DNA of 64,000 bases from an uncultured Ardenticatenaceae bacterium (GCA_964452775.1 CAYVQP010000009.1:7289-71288), one strand, 5' to 3'. Positions 1 through 10,004 are shown, counted from the first letter of the stretch. Notes: generated by a model from the sequence alone, not told the origin. Numbers and translations are program-made.

Positions 1-527
1 GTCCGCGAGGCGTTTACGACGAGGCAAAGCGCTTCGCAGAAGCGCTGACCATGGCCTACCATCGCTATCATGGATTGGAAACGCGCATTGTGCGTATCTT
101 TAACACCTATGGCCCAAGAATGCGCCTCCATGATGGGCGGGTGGTGCCCAACTTCATCTATCAGGCCTTGAAGGGACTGCCGCTGACGGTCTATGGGGAT
201 GGCAGCCGGACCCGCTCCTTCCAGTATTGTAGCGACCTGGTAGACGGTGTTTATCGTCTACTCTTTTCCGATGTCACCGGCCCGGTGAACATCGGCAACC
301 CGTATGAGATGGATATCCTTTCGTTCGCCCACGCGGTCGTAGAGGCAACCGGCAGCCGCTCAGAGATTACCTTTGTCGAGCCGAAGGATGAACGTGTGCA
401 GGACGACCCCAAGGTGCGGCGGCCCGACATCACCCGGGCAGAGCAACTGCTTGGATGGAAGCCGGTGATCAGCTTGCCGGACGGCCTGCGCGAGACGATC
501 GCCTATTTCCAATCCCGAGTCCTGTAG
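1..527 (+). CDS. UDP-glucuronate decarboxylase-like NAD-dependent sugar epimerase/dehydratase (C-terminal part; 5' end outside window)
   Basis: Frame is open back to nt 3 (..[21 protein letters not shown]..). Extended-SDR motifs present: YDEAK (YxxxK), [33 protein letters not shown]. Confidence 0.85.
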   Translation, partial: PRGVYDEAKRFAEALTMAYHRYHGLETRIVRIFNTYGPRMRLHDGRVVPNFIYQALKGLPLTVYGDGSRTRSFQYCSDLVDGVYRLLFSDVTGPVNIGNPYEMDILSFAHAVVEATGSRSEITFVEPKDERVQDDPKVRRPDITRAEQLLGWKPVISLPDGLRETIAYFQSRVL

Positions 528-536
528 CGAACGACG

Positions 537-2150
537 ATGCCGGCCAAGCGCATGGCGGGGTTCCGACGTGAGTTAGTCGCGCTGCTGATTGCATGCTCGC
601 TCGGCGTCGCCATTGCCGCCCTGCCTGCAGCCTATTCGGCCATTCTTGTCGGGGCAGCCGGCTATCTCTTGCTGGTACTGACTCAGCCGCTGGTTGGATT
701 GGGGGTCGCGCTGGTGGCCGGGCCGTGGGCAGCGCTGGAAGGGATCGCCCTCGGCGGCGCCCTGCCACTCAACTCCGGCCAATTCTTCTTTGCCCTGGCG
801 GTTGCCGGCTGGCTGATCTGGGGAATGGCGCGGCGTCGCATAATCATCCCCTACACGCCGCTCAACCTGCCGCTGGCGATCTTTCTTGCGGTGGCCACGT
901 TGTCGCTGTTGGGCGCCCCTTCGCTTGGCTATGGCATTAACGAACTGATCAAGTGGGTTGAGCTGTGGCTGATCATGCTCATCGTTGTCGACCTGGTACT
1001 CAATGGCGGGTCAGGTCAGCCGGACACGGCGACAGGGGCCGGGACAACGCAACGCACAGTAGACGGCCGTGCCGTCGGACCATTACCGTCATTTCAACGC
1101 CGGTTGCAACCGGTGGTCGCCCTGGTGCTCATTGCCGGCGCAAGCCAGGCAATAATCGGTATCTGGCAGTTCGGCTTTCGCGGAGAAGGACCGGAACATT
1201 TCGCAATCCTGGGTGATTACTTCAGGGCTTATGGCACGTTTGAGCAGCCCAACCCGTTTGGCGGCTTCGTGGGATTGACCGCGGTGTTTGCCTTGGGTGT
1301 ATTTGCTGGGTCTGTGGTTCCACTGTGGCCCCGGCTTTCCGATCGGCTGCGCATGCGCCGCACCCCACGCATGATGCCGCCGGCGTTCTCATGGACGTGG
1401 ACGACATTTGCCGGCGCATGCGCGCTGCTCTGCTCCGTGGCGCTGCTTCTCTCCTGGAGCCGGGGCGCGTGGCTGGGCTTTGCCGCCGGCCTGGCTGTGC
1501 TCATCCTCTTCCTTCCGAAGCGGCGATGGGTGGGAGTCGCCTTGCTGCTTGCCGTCCTGGTAACTTTTTTGGCCGGTTTGCAGACAGGACTGTTGCCGTC
1601 CTCTGTCGCCGAACGCCTGGTCAGCTTCCAGGAGGACCTCCGCTTTGGCGATGTGCGCGGGGCGGATATCAACGATGCCAATTACGCGGTGCTTGAACGC
1701 CTTGCTCACTGGCAATCCGCCCTTGACATGGCGCGAGCAAATCCGTGGCTAGGCGTTGGCTTTGGCAACTACGAACCGGCCTATCCAGACTATGCACTGA
1801 TAAACTGGCCTTACCCGCTCGGTCACGCGCACAACTACTATCTGAATATTCTGGCCGAAACAGGCGTTATTGGAACACTTGCCTATCTTGCATTGTGGGG
1901 AATCGTCTTCGGGCAGAGTGTTTGGCTGCAAAGGCGCCTTCCCTGGCCGGAACGGGGCATTGTGCTTGGTCTACTGGCATCGTGGACTGTCCTTGCCGTC
2001 CATCACCTGTTGGACAATCTGTATGTGAACAACGTTCACTTGCAAATCGGCGTAATGTTGGGTATCTTGCAGCTTCTATATATTGTGTACATGGCTCCTC
2101 GACCTCTGAGAACCCGGACCAGATCGAAGACTGTTACAGCGTATGATTAG
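537..2150 (+). CDS. O-antigen ligase / Wzy-type polymerase family polytopic membrane protein
   Basis: 537-aa multi-TM ORF starting 9 nt after the upstream stop. Wzy_C-like core LLSWSRGAWLGFAAGLAVL and distal GHAHNYYLNILAETGVIG motif. Confidence 0.75.
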   Translation: MPAKRMAGFRRELVALLIACSLGVAIAALPAAYSAILVGAAGYLLLVLTQPLVGLGVALVAGPWAALEGIALGGALPLNSGQFFFALAVAGWLIWGMARRRIIIPYTPLNLPLAIFLAVATLSLLGAPSLGYGINELIKWVELWLIMLIVVDLVLNGGSGQPDTATGAGTTQRTVDGRAVGPLPSFQRRLQPVVALVLIAGASQAIIGIWQFGFRGEGPEHFAILGDYFRAYGTFEQPNPFGGFVGLTAVFALGVFAGSVVPLWPRLSDRLRMRRTPRMMPPAFSWTWTTFAGACALLCSVALLLSWSRGAWLGFAAGLAVLILFLPKRRWVGVALLLAVLVTFLAGLQTGLLPSSVAERLVSFQEDLRFGDVRGADINDANYAVLERLAHWQSALDMARANPWLGVGFGNYEPAYPDYALINWPYPLGHAHNYYLNILAETGVIGTLAYLALWGIVFGQSVWLQRRLPWPERGIVLGLLASWTVLAVHHLLDNLYVNNVHLQIGVMLGILQLLYIVYMAPRPLRTRTRSKTVTAYD

Positions 2151-2613
2151 TATATTGACCAACGTCGCCGGACAGTTGGGCGTCAAACCTAAAGAAGCCG
2201 AACGCTTTGTCAAGTTTGTAATCGTGGGCACGATCGGCTTCATCGTCGACTTCGGCACGTTGACCTTCCTGGTGGAAGTAGTCGGATTTCCGCCATTGCT
2301 GGCCAACACCATTTCGTTTTCACTTGCGGTGCTGAGCAACTTTACCTGGAATCGATATTGGACCTATCCGGAGTCACGCTCCAAGCGCAAGCGCATTCAG
2401 TTGGTCCAGTTTGCCGTGGTGAGCGTGCTTGGTTTGCTGATTAACAATTTGATCCTGTATTTGCTCCTGGAACCGTTCAACACATTGCTGGATAGCGCCG
2501 GCATGTTCCCGCCCGAGACCGGCTATATCCCGGCCAAAATCGTGGCCACGATTGTCGTCCTCTTCTGGAACTTCTTCATCAACCGCTTTTGGACGTACGG
2601 GAATGTCGAATAG
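2143..2613 (+). CDS. GtrA family membrane protein
   Basis: 156 aa with 4 hydrophobic helices. GtrA signatures FVKFVIVGTIGFIVDFGTL and FWNFFINRFWTY. Overlaps the upstream stop by 8 nt. Confidence 0.85.
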   Translation: MISILTNVAGQLGVKPKEAERFVKFVIVGTIGFIVDFGTLTFLVEVVGFPPLLANTISFSLAVLSNFTWNRYWTYPESRSKRKRIQLVQFAVVSVLGLLINNLILYLLLEPFNTLLDSAGMFPPETGYIPAKIVATIVVLFWNFFINRFWTYGNVE

Positions 2614-2624
2614 CGGGCCGGACC

Positions 2625-3866
2625 ATGAGGCAGGGAAGTAAAGAACTGGCAACGGCACAGGCCCGGAAGCGCGTACACGTTCCGCACGAATCAACAGTTG
2701 CCCCTAACCGCATAGGAATTGACATAACGGCGGCCGTTTCGCAAGGGGGCGGCATTGGTCGCTATACGCGTGAGCTGGTGCAGGCGCTGACTCAGCCCGG
2801 CGAGCAGGAGGCGCCATTTCAGTTCCGATTGTTCTCCGCCCGCCGTCCGGCAATGTCGCCCACCAGCGAGCCGCTGCCGGAGGGGAGGAACGTCACTTAC
2901 CGTGAGGCGCGGCTGAGAGCCCAATGGCTTTATCGTCTCTGGTATCGCATCGGCATACCGCTGCCGGTGCAGCGGTTCACAGGCGAAATCGATCTGTTTC
3001 ACTCGCCCGACTTTGTGCTGCCGCCGATTCGTGGGTCCATTCCTACGCTACTGACCGTTCACGATCTCTCGTTCGTCCACTATCCGGAGACGTTTACGCC
3101 GGCCCTGTTGCGCTTCTTGAACGGGGCAGTGCCCAGGTCTGTGCAGCGCGCCACCCATATTCTGGCTGATTCAGAGGCGACGCGGAGTGACCTGATCGCC
3201 GTTTGGGATACGCCGCCGGAAAAGATCAGCGTACTTTACAGCGGCGTCCACTCCCGTTTTCATCCAATTACGGATGAGTCAGAATTGGCCCGAGTACGCC
3301 AAGAATACGGACTGACCGGCAGGCCGTACTTGCTCAGTGTCGGCACGGTGCAACCCAGGAAGAACTACCGCCTGTTGATCCGGGCGTTCAGTTCCATAAT
3401 CGAACAGTGGCCGCATGAGCTGGTCATTGCTGGCGGCAATGGCTGGCTCTTCGAAGAGACCCTGGCCGAGGCGGACAGGCTCGGAATCAGTGATCGGGTG
3501 CGTTTTCTTGGGTTCGTTGATGATGAGGATCTGCCGGCGCTATACAGCGGAGCGACGATTTTCCTGTTTCCAAGCCTTTATGAGGGCTTCGGCCTGCCCC
3601 CGCTGGAAGCGATGGCCTGTGGGGCGCCGGTGGTCGTTTCTAACGCCTCTTGCCTGCCGGAGGTGGTCGGGCAAGCAGCCATGCAATTGCCGGCTGGCGA
3701 TGAGGATGCTTGGCGAACGGCGCTCCTTGAGCTGTTGCCTGACAATGTCCGGCGGTCGCACATGGTGGCTGCCGGCCTCATTCGTGCGCGCGAATTCACC
3801 TGGGAAAAGGCCGCAAGGCAATTGCGCGGTATCTACCAGGAGCTACTAACCATTCAGGATGGGTGA
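2625..3866 (+). CDS. Glycosyltransferase family 4 (GT-B, GT1 clan)
   Basis: LLSVGTVQPRKN and FLGFVDDEDLPALYSGATIFLFPSLYEGFGLPPLEAMACGAPVV (EX7E region). ATG 2625 preferred over the alternative start at 2589, which overlaps gtrA. Confidence 0.85.
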   Translation: MRQGSKELATAQARKRVHVPHESTVAPNRIGIDITAAVSQGGGIGRYTRELVQALTQPGEQEAPFQFRLFSARRPAMSPTSEPLPEGRNVTYREARLRAQWLYRLWYRIGIPLPVQRFTGEIDLFHSPDFVLPPIRGSIPTLLTVHDLSFVHYPETFTPALLRFLNGAVPRSVQRATHILADSEATRSDLIAVWDTPPEKISVLYSGVHSRFHPITDESELARVRQEYGLTGRPYLLSVGTVQPRKNYRLLIRAFSSIIEQWPHELVIAGGNGWLFEETLAEADRLGISDRVRFLGFVDDEDLPALYSGATIFLFPSLYEGFGLPPLEAMACGAPVVVSNASCLPEVVGQAAMQLPAGDEDAWRTALLELLPDNVRRSHMVAAGLIRAREFTWEKAARQLRGIYQELLTIQDG

Positions 3867-4357
3867 CAATGGAACAAAAATTGCACGGTAAGACAGTGGA
3901 GCAGTCGCGGGTAACGCTGACCCAGTTGATGGGGCCGGCCGAAGCCAACACGATGGGCAACGTTCACGGCGGTACGCTGATGAAGCTTTGCGATGAAGCA
4001 GGCGGCATGGCCGCCACCAGGCACGCCCGGCGACCGACGGTGACTGTCGTGGTTGACACAATGACCTTTCACTCGCCGGTGAACATCGGCAACCTGGTAA
4101 CGTTTTCGGCTGAAGTGACCTGGGTCGGCCGCACCTCAATGGAGACTCGCATTGTGGTCAGCGCAGAAGACATATTGACCGGCGATGTGACGCACACAAA
4201 TACCGCCTACTTTGTCTACGTCGCCCTGGACAAGGCCGGCCGGCCGGTGCGCGTGCCGGAACTATTGCTTGAGACAGAAGAGGAGCGCGAGCGCAACGAA
4301 CGCGCCGCTGCCCGGCAAGCATATCGTCTGGAACAACGGCGCCAGGGAATTGTATAG
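3863..4357 (+). CDS. Acyl-CoA thioesterase (hotdog fold, YciA-like)
   Basis: Signature NTMGNVHGGTLMKLCDEAGG plus a C-terminal charged helix. GTG 3863 overlaps the GT4 stop (GTGA); ATG 3869 is an alternative start. Confidence 0.8.
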   Translation: MTMEQKLHGKTVEQSRVTLTQLMGPAEANTMGNVHGGTLMKLCDEAGGMAATRHARRPTVTVVVDTMTFHSPVNIGNLVTFSAEVTWVGRTSMETRIVVSAEDILTGDVTHTNTAYFVYVALDKAGRPVRVPELLLETEEERERNERAAARQAYRLEQRRQGIV

Positions 4358-4366
4358 CCGTGTAGT

Positions 4367-5029
4367 ATGGCGATTGGGGACTGGCTCACTCCAAGAACGC
4401 AGACTCGTCTGCTATTGCTGGCCTTCACGGCTATTCTTGCCGGCTACCTCACCGTCTGGTTGCCGAATGACGCCGCGGGGCTGAGCTTTCTCGGGTTTGA
4501 GATTGGCGAATGGGTGAAGTTTCTGCCGCAGGTGCAGTCCGGGGAGCTGCCGATGAACCGAAACTACTTCTATCTCCCGCCGGTATTGCTGGGGGCGATG
4601 ATGGCGCTGCAGGCCTCGCGCTGGCCCAACCGTCGCCCGCAGACCTGGGCCATGAGAGGGCTGGCGATCCTCGTCGCTTGCCTGGCGTTGCCGTCCATTG
4701 ATGCGGTCCGCTTTGAGCCGGCCTCCGAATGGCTGCTGCGCCTGCTCCTTGTCGGCTGCGTCGCATTGCTTGCACTCATTGGTAGTTGGCTGGGCAAATT
4801 GCCGAACACGGCCTACTGGATGCTGATGGAGATGGCGGCTCTGCTGGGACTACTTTTCCCGCTGTGGGCGTATGTGGCGGTCTGGCCTGCTGTGGCGGAG
4901 TTGTGGCAGCAGCCGGTAGCTTTTGGGCCGGGGATCTGGCTGAATAGCGCCGGGAATTTGGTGGTCATACTCGTGGCAACTCTGGCCGTACTTTTCGGAC
5001 GGCGTCTGCAACGACCGGCGGCTGCCTGA
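4367..5029 (+). CDS. Hypothetical polytopic membrane protein
   Basis: 220 aa with 5-6 hydrophobic segments and no recognisable family motif. Last gene of a tightly packed 6-gene plus-strand operon. Confidence 0.5.
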   Translation: MAIGDWLTPRTQTRLLLLAFTAILAGYLTVWLPNDAAGLSFLGFEIGEWVKFLPQVQSGELPMNRNYFYLPPVLLGAMMALQASRWPNRRPQTWAMRGLAILVACLALPSIDAVRFEPASEWLLRLLLVGCVALLALIGSWLGKLPNTAYWMLMEMAALLGLLFPLWAYVAVWPAVAELWQQPVAFGPGIWLNSAGNLVVILVATLAVLFGRRLQRPAAA

Positions 5030-5084
5030 CCCCTCTTTGCCGGCCAAGCCAGCATCTCTCACTCGTTGCCAGGGGCCGGGCAGC

Positions 5085-5118
5085 AAAAAGGGCGGTGAAC
5101 TTCACCGCCCTGTTCTTG
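5085..5118. terminator. Bidirectional intrinsic terminator between convergent operons
   Basis: Stem GGGCGGTG(5090-5097)/CACCGCCC(5103-5110). Flanked by AAAAA on the left and TGTTCTTG on the right. Confidence 0.6.
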
Positions 5119-5152
5119 AATAAGTCCAAGGTGCCGGATTAACGAGCGATTG

Positions 5153-5392
5153 TCACGCCTTCATATGCTCATCAATGTAAGTGATCGCCTCGCCGACGGT
5201 GGTAATCTTCTGGGCTTCTTCATCGGAAATCTCGCCCTCAAACGCCTCTTCAAAGGCCATGATCAGCTCCACCAGGTCCAGGGAATCAGCCTCCAGATCC
5301 TCTCGAAAACGAGCGGACTCGACGACAGCATCTTCGTCCACGCCCAGGAGATCAACGATGATCTCAGTTACTTTCTCTTTCGTATCGCTCAT
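5153..5392 (-). CDS. acpP: Acyl carrier protein
   Basis: 79 aa with the phosphopantetheine site motif [19 protein letters not shown] lies about 10 nt upstream of ATG 5392. The ORF-track start at 5425 is an over-extension. Confidence 0.9.
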   Translation of the reverse strand: MSDTKEKVTEIIVDLLGVDEDAVVESARFREDLEADSLDLVELIMAFEEAFEGEISDEEAQKITTVGEAITYIDEHMKA

Positions 5393-5464
5393 TGCCAGGT
5401 AACCCTCCACGCAATTTGTATTCATGATAGCGTGCGCGCAATTTTAGGAGCAAAAGGGAGTTTG

Positions 5465-8400
5465 TCAAGTGTCCTGAGCGTTCGCCAACCACATCGTCAG
5501 GCCAAGCATCAGGAAGAACGCGAACGCCAGGTCTACCAGGAAGAAGCTCTGGTCAACCAGGCCATGTGCAACGGTCTGCGCCAATGCAGCCGGCAGCGCC
5601 GCCAGCAATGGCCACCATTCCACCCAGGCCGGATCGCGCAGCCTGTCCCGCGCTAACTCAAACAAGTTGATCGCCCAAGCCCCAAACAGCCAGATCCCGA
5701 CCAACAAACCGGCCAGGCCGAGCCGGGTGGCGAAGTCGAACACCAGGTTGTGGGGATGGCTGAGCGATGGTTCCTCCCAGGCGGAATCCAGTATGTAGCG
5801 CTCACGATAGGCATATAGGAAGTTGTCCAAACCGACGCCGAATAGTGGATGGTCAAGGAACATGCTGAGGCTGGAACGCCACAGGTCAAGCCGCACAAAG
5901 CTGGTAACGCCCTGCAGGCTGAGCCGGCCGGCAACGCCGGGAATGACGCTGACGGCGGCAATCATGACTCCTCCGGCTACCAGCAGACCGGCCAGCCAGG
6001 GCCAGAGCCGGCCCCCGACTGCATAGCGCCACAATAGGAGCACAGTCAATAGTGCTGCCGGCAAGCCGAGGAAGAGCGCTCCCCGGCTGAAGGTCAACAG
6101 CAATGCCATCCCAACCAGGACGAAGGCCAGAAAATACGCCAGCCGGCGCCACTTGTGCTTGCCGCCAATCAAGGCCACAGCCAGCAAGAACGGCGCTACA
6201 CGGCCCAGGTACAGAGCGACATTATTCGGCGATCCATAAATCGAGCGCAGCCGTTCCAGTCCGCCGGCGACGGTAATCAGGTTTTCGCCGCGTACGTACT
6301 GCCACAAGCCGATAGCGGCTACGGCCACGCCACCCAGCACAAAGGCATCCACGATGGCCCATACCTCATTGCCGCGTAGTCTTTGCGTGCGGATGAGTAG
6401 GTAAAAGAGCGCCGGCTCCAGGATGACCACTCGCCACTCATTCGTGGCCACATCGAGTCGCGCTGTGAACAGCAATGAAACGGTAGCGACGAGCAGTAAC
6501 GCCGCCACTGCCAGGTCCGGTTTTCCGCGAGCTTGCATCATGCCGGCCCAGGCGCTCCGTCCGGCGAGGCGAAGGCGCGCCGCCGGCGGCAAGGTGGAGG
6601 GGCGCAACGCGGAGTGAACAACCGTGCGCAAAAGAGCCGCCGCAACCGTCACCAGCAGGAAGATCTCCACCGGCGAGAAGCGGTAACCCAGCATGGGCTT
6701 GGGCAACACGTAAAACGGGATGCTAAACGCGATGACCACCATCCCCCAGGCCGGCCGGGCATAGACCAGCAAGAAGAACAGAAGCAGGGCTGCCGCGAGT
6801 AAGAAAAAGGACGGCGTAACATAGAATATGGCTGCCGCCGACGCAGTCAGCGCAAGCTGGCCGACATCTCCAAGGCGCCGGTACAGGCCGTCTACGTGCG
6901 CTCCCCAGGTAAGCCAGCCGGCAAGCGCCACCAGCGCGCCAACCAGAAAGGTCAAGGCCAGTCCAAAAACGTTATCCAGACGACTGGCGAGCCGGCCCAG
7001 TTGGCCATCAAGCTCCAACCAGGAGATACGGCGCGCGCTGATCGCCGCCATGACGAGAGAAGCGAGGAGCACGCCCGCCAGCGCGATTTGCGACAACAGA
7101 TAGGCTGAGTTGTCCGGGCGCTCGAAATGCGAAAAGCCGTTCAGGGCCCACTGGTCCCAACCACGCCATGCCTCTATTGTCAACAGGTGTTCTCCAGGGG
7201 GCAGGTTCCGCGCCACCGGCTCTACACTGAGATAATCCTCGGCGGGGTCCCCGGAACCCAACACAAGCGCCGCCCCCCGGCCGTCATTCGGCAGCGCGTT
7301 GGCGGGCTGCCCATCAACGGTTAGGTACAGCCGGGCGCGATAGTCGGCCCGTCGCACCCGCAACGCTACGTCAGTGCCCCAGAAGCGGTAGACGGCCCGG
7401 TCGCCCGTCTGTCCGATGTCTGCGCCGAAGTCGGGCGAGAAGCGCCACCCTCCCTCATATTCCTGGCCGGCCCCGGCCGGAGAGGCGCTGTGAAAGCCGG
7501 GAATGGCAATTGAATCAACCTGCGCTAGCGCCTGACGAATGATTTCCGCGGCCGGCCGGCCGGCGATGCTGAACCCCCAGCGTGCGTCGTCCGGCGGTGG
7601 GCCGGCTTCCCAGTTCTCCAGGAACATGTAGCCCATCCAGGGCCACTCGCGCTCAGCGCGCATCAGCGCTTCAACCACGTATTCGCCCTGGCTCTCCTCG
7701 TCGGTCTGGCCCCAGATGGAAGGCTCTCCTGCCCAGTCTTCCGGCAGACTATTCCAGCCGAAGTTGCCCGCCCAGACCGCCTTGTCGCCTTCGCCCTTTG
7801 CTTCCAGCAACTCTCGCAACATGATGATCCGGCTGAAGTTCAATGTTTCAGGGCTGACCCGGCGAACCTGCGGGCCGGAATCAAAGCCATACGGCTTGCC
7901 GGCGATCACGTCAAACGAGGTGGACGCGCCGGCAGCGTATAGCCCCTCCAGAAACAACGTTTCGGAGAGATTCGCGGGACCCGTTTCAGCGGTGGGCGCC
8001 AACGGGGCGGCAACGATGACAGCATTGCCATCAGCCTGCCGGATCCGGTCCGCCGTCGCCGCCAGCAGAGCGCCGTATTCCGCCGGATTGGGGTCATTAT
8101 CGCCCCAATGCGCCCGCAGATTTGGCTCATCCCAGATGATGTAGTGGGTCAGCTGATCCGTGTAGCGCTCCGCAAACAAGCCGGCCCACTCCGCGAATGC
8201 CCCGGGGTCAGCCGGCGGCGCGAACTGGTTGGCCGGATCGCCGTCGAGCAAGGGGACCAGTTCCAGCCCCTGCGCGGCAACGGCTGTCACAATCCGGTCG
8301 GCTGTCTCCCAATCCACGTTGCCGGTCGCATCATAGTGAAAGGTTTGTTTCACTGTGGTGAAGCCGGCCTGCTTGATAGCTTGCAGGGTCTCTTGCAGCT

Positions 8401-8602
8401 CATCGTCGCTGAGCTGCGCCAGATAGACGTTAACGCCGAGCCTCGCACCCCCTTGCGCGATCTCAGCCGGGAAGTCCGTGGGCATACCCCGCAACTGAAA
8501 GGCGCGTTGGGCGCGAAATGCGCCGATGCCCAACAGCGCCAGGACGGCAATCAGCAGAAAGAGCGCCGTGCGGACGATGGGTTGTATTGGCTGTCGCTTC
8601 AT
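5465..8602 (-). CDS. Fusion membrane protein: signal anchor + clan GH-A-like TIM-barrel ectodomain + beta-rich middle domain + C-terminal O-antigen ligase/Wzy_C polytopic domain
   Basis: N-terminal TM helix (res 12-30). YIIWDEPNL resembles the GH-A NEP acid/base strand. From about res 500 there are at least 10 TM helices, with TFSRGALFLGLPAALL and SHPHNLVFDFATRLGLAG (Wzy_C-type motifs). Confidence 0.7.
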   Translation of the reverse strand: MKRQPIQPIVRTALFLLIAVLALLGIGAFRAQRAFQLRGMPTDFPAEIAQGGARLGVNVYLAQLSDDELQETLQAIKQAGFTTVKQTFHYDATGNVDWETADRIVTAVAAQGLELVPLLDGDPANQFAPPADPGAFAEWAGLFAERYTDQLTHYIIWDEPNLRAHWGDNDPNPAEYGALLAATADRIRQADGNAVIVAAPLAPTAETGPANLSETLFLEGLYAAGASTSFDVIAGKPYGFDSGPQVRRVSPETLNFSRIIMLRELLEAKGEGDKAVWAGNFGWNSLPEDWAGEPSIWGQTDEESQGEYVVEALMRAEREWPWMGYMFLENWEAGPPPDDARWGFSIAGRPAAEIIRQALAQVDSIAIPGFHSASPAGAGQEYEGGWRFSPDFGADIGQTGDRAVYRFWGTDVALRVRRADYRARLYLTVDGQPANALPNDGRGAALVLGSGDPAEDYLSVEPVARNLPPGEHLLTIEAWRGWDQWALNGFSHFERPDNSAYLLSQIALAGVLLASLVMAAISARRISWLELDGQLGRLASRLDNVFGLALTFLVGALVALAGWLTWGAHVDGLYRRLGDVGQLALTASAAAIFYVTPSFFLLAAALLLFFLLVYARPAWGMVVIAFSIPFYVLPKPMLGYRFSPVEIFLLVTVAAALLRTVVHSALRPSTLPPAARLRLAGRSAWAGMMQARGKPDLAVAALLLVATVSLLFTARLDVATNEWRVVILEPALFYLLIRTQRLRGNEVWAIVDAFVLGGVAVAAIGLWQYVRGENLITVAGGLERLRSIYGSPNNVALYLGRVAPFLLAVALIGGKHKWRRLAYFLAFVLVGMALLLTFSRGALFLGLPAALLTVLLLWRYAVGGRLWPWLAGLLVAGGVMIAAVSVIPGVAGRLSLQGVTSFVRLDLWRSSLSMFLDHPLFGVGLDNFLYAYRERYILDSAWEEPSLSHPHNLVFDFATRLGLAGLLVGIWLFGAWAINLFELARDRLRDPAWVEWWPLLAALPAALAQTVAHGLVDQSFFLVDLAFAFFLMLGLTMWLANAQDT

Positions 8603-8632
8603 GCAACGAGCAAATGGGGTCAGGCGGCGGCT

Positions 8633-9409
8633 CTACCCGCGCGGTCGGAATAACCAGGCCAGGAAGGCCAGAGCGACCAGGAGGGTGCTCAGGCCGGCGC
8701 TCAACAAGATCCCCCGCTCAATAACCTTGATGTCCGTCCCTTCCGGCAATCCGAGGCGGTACTTCAGCAGCGTCGCCAGCGCCGGCAGGCCGTCTAGCGG
8801 GGTAAGTTTCTTGCCCTCATCGCGGTGCGCGTAGCGAATTGGCGCTTCGAACGGGTGCACCTTGCGCAACAGCAACTTGGCGGAAATCTCAGCCTCGATC
8901 TCAAAACGCCGGCTGGTTAACTCCAGAGACTGCATTAGCTCCCGATCGACGAGCTTGTAACAAGTCTCCATGTCATGCAAGTGTCCGCCGAACAAAATGT
9001 TTGTGATTTGTGTTAGCGCCAGGTTGCCGTAACGCATTAAGGGAGATCGTCCACGCAGGTCGCGAACGCCGTAGACGGCCTTCGCTCCGGCCTGCTCATA
9101 AAGCGCCAGCAGCACTGCGTAATCTTCCGGGTAGTACTCAAGATCGGCGTCCTGGATGATCACCACGTCGCCGGTGGCGTGTTCCAGGGCCGTGCGAATG
9201 CCGGCTCCCTTGCCTCTATTCTTCGGATGTGTGAAGAGGGTGACGTTGTCGCGTTCGGCGGCGCTCCTCAAGATTGCCTTCGTTGAATGGTCCGAACCAT
9301 CGTCAACAATCAGGACTTCCTTTTCGACAGGAACGGTCAATACGCGGTCCAATAGGGCATGTACCGTTGAAGCTTCATTGTAGACCGGAATGATGACCGA
9401 TAACTTCAT
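8633..9409 (-). CDS. Glycosyltransferase family 2 (polyprenol-phosphate glycosyltransferase-like, Dpm1/GtrB type)
   Basis: MKLSVIIPVYNE, VDDGSDHST, IIQDADLEY (DXD) and a C-terminal TM helix. Confidence 0.85.
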   Translation of the reverse strand: MKLSVIIPVYNEASTVHALLDRVLTVPVEKEVLIVDDGSDHSTKAILRSAAERDNVTLFTHPKNRGKGAGIRTALEHATGDVVIIQDADLEYYPEDYAVLLALYEQAGAKAVYGVRDLRGRSPLMRYGNLALTQITNILFGGHLHDMETCYKLVDRELMQSLELTSRRFEIEAEISAKLLLRKVHPFEAPIRYAHRDEGKKLTPLDGLPALATLLKYRLGLPEGTDIKVIERGILLSAGLSTLLVALAFLAWLFRPRG

Positions 9410-9457
9410 CCAGCTCGTCTCTCCACCATCAGGCGCAGCAGCAACAGCCGGCCCGCT

Positions 9458-9862
9458 TCAGGTCGCCTGTTGCCAAAGATCGCGCACTTCCGGCGACAGT
9501 GCATCGGAAACGCGCTGTTGCAGGTCAGCGTTAAGCAACTGCTTCAAGCCGCCAAATACGGCCATGACCGGCATCCGGGCAAATTGCTTGTCGCTGTTGC
9601 CTGCCCGGCGGGCGACCTGGTTCTGAAAGCTCAGCGCAGTCAAGTTCTTGTCTCGAAAGTGCACTAACCAGAAGACCTGCTTCAATGACGCGGCAAGCGG
9701 TTCGGGCAGCGCACGGGCCACGGCCTTTTTGGGTCCGCGAGCCAGTTGTTGGCCCAGGCTGCGCAATACCGCATCAGACCAGCGTTGGGCATGACTCAGG
9801 GTCCGCAGATTCGCCTGCTTCTGTACGTGCCGGTAGTATTCTTCAAGGGAATTGTCGTTCAT
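9458..9862 (-). CDS. DUF2267 domain protein
   Basis: 134 aa from ATG 9862, with GGAGAG SD upstream. Two DUF2267-like repeats (..AQRWSDAVLRSLGQQL..LPEPLAASL.. and ..FARMPVMAVFGGLKQLL..LSPEVRDLW). Confidence 0.65.
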   Translation of the reverse strand: MNDNSLEEYYRHVQKQANLRTLSHAQRWSDAVLRSLGQQLARGPKKAVARALPEPLAASLKQVFWLVHFRDKNLTALSFQNQVARRAGNSDKQFARMPVMAVFGGLKQLLNADLQQRVSDALSPEVRDLWQQAT

Positions 9863-10004
9863 AATCTCTCCACGAGGCAGAGTTTTACCCCGGCTGTATC
9901 CGGGCGTCAAGGAGCAGCGATTCTGATGAAGCCAGGTCGTTCTTGGTAGGCAGGTGAGAGCCAGGCGACTGGTCAAGGGCTTGCCTGGCGGGCTTCCGGC
10001 GAGA

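Noticed and set aside
5150-5656. 168-aa plus-strand ORF.
   Set aside because: It is the antisense shadow of acpP and the 3' end of the GH-Wzy fusion gene.
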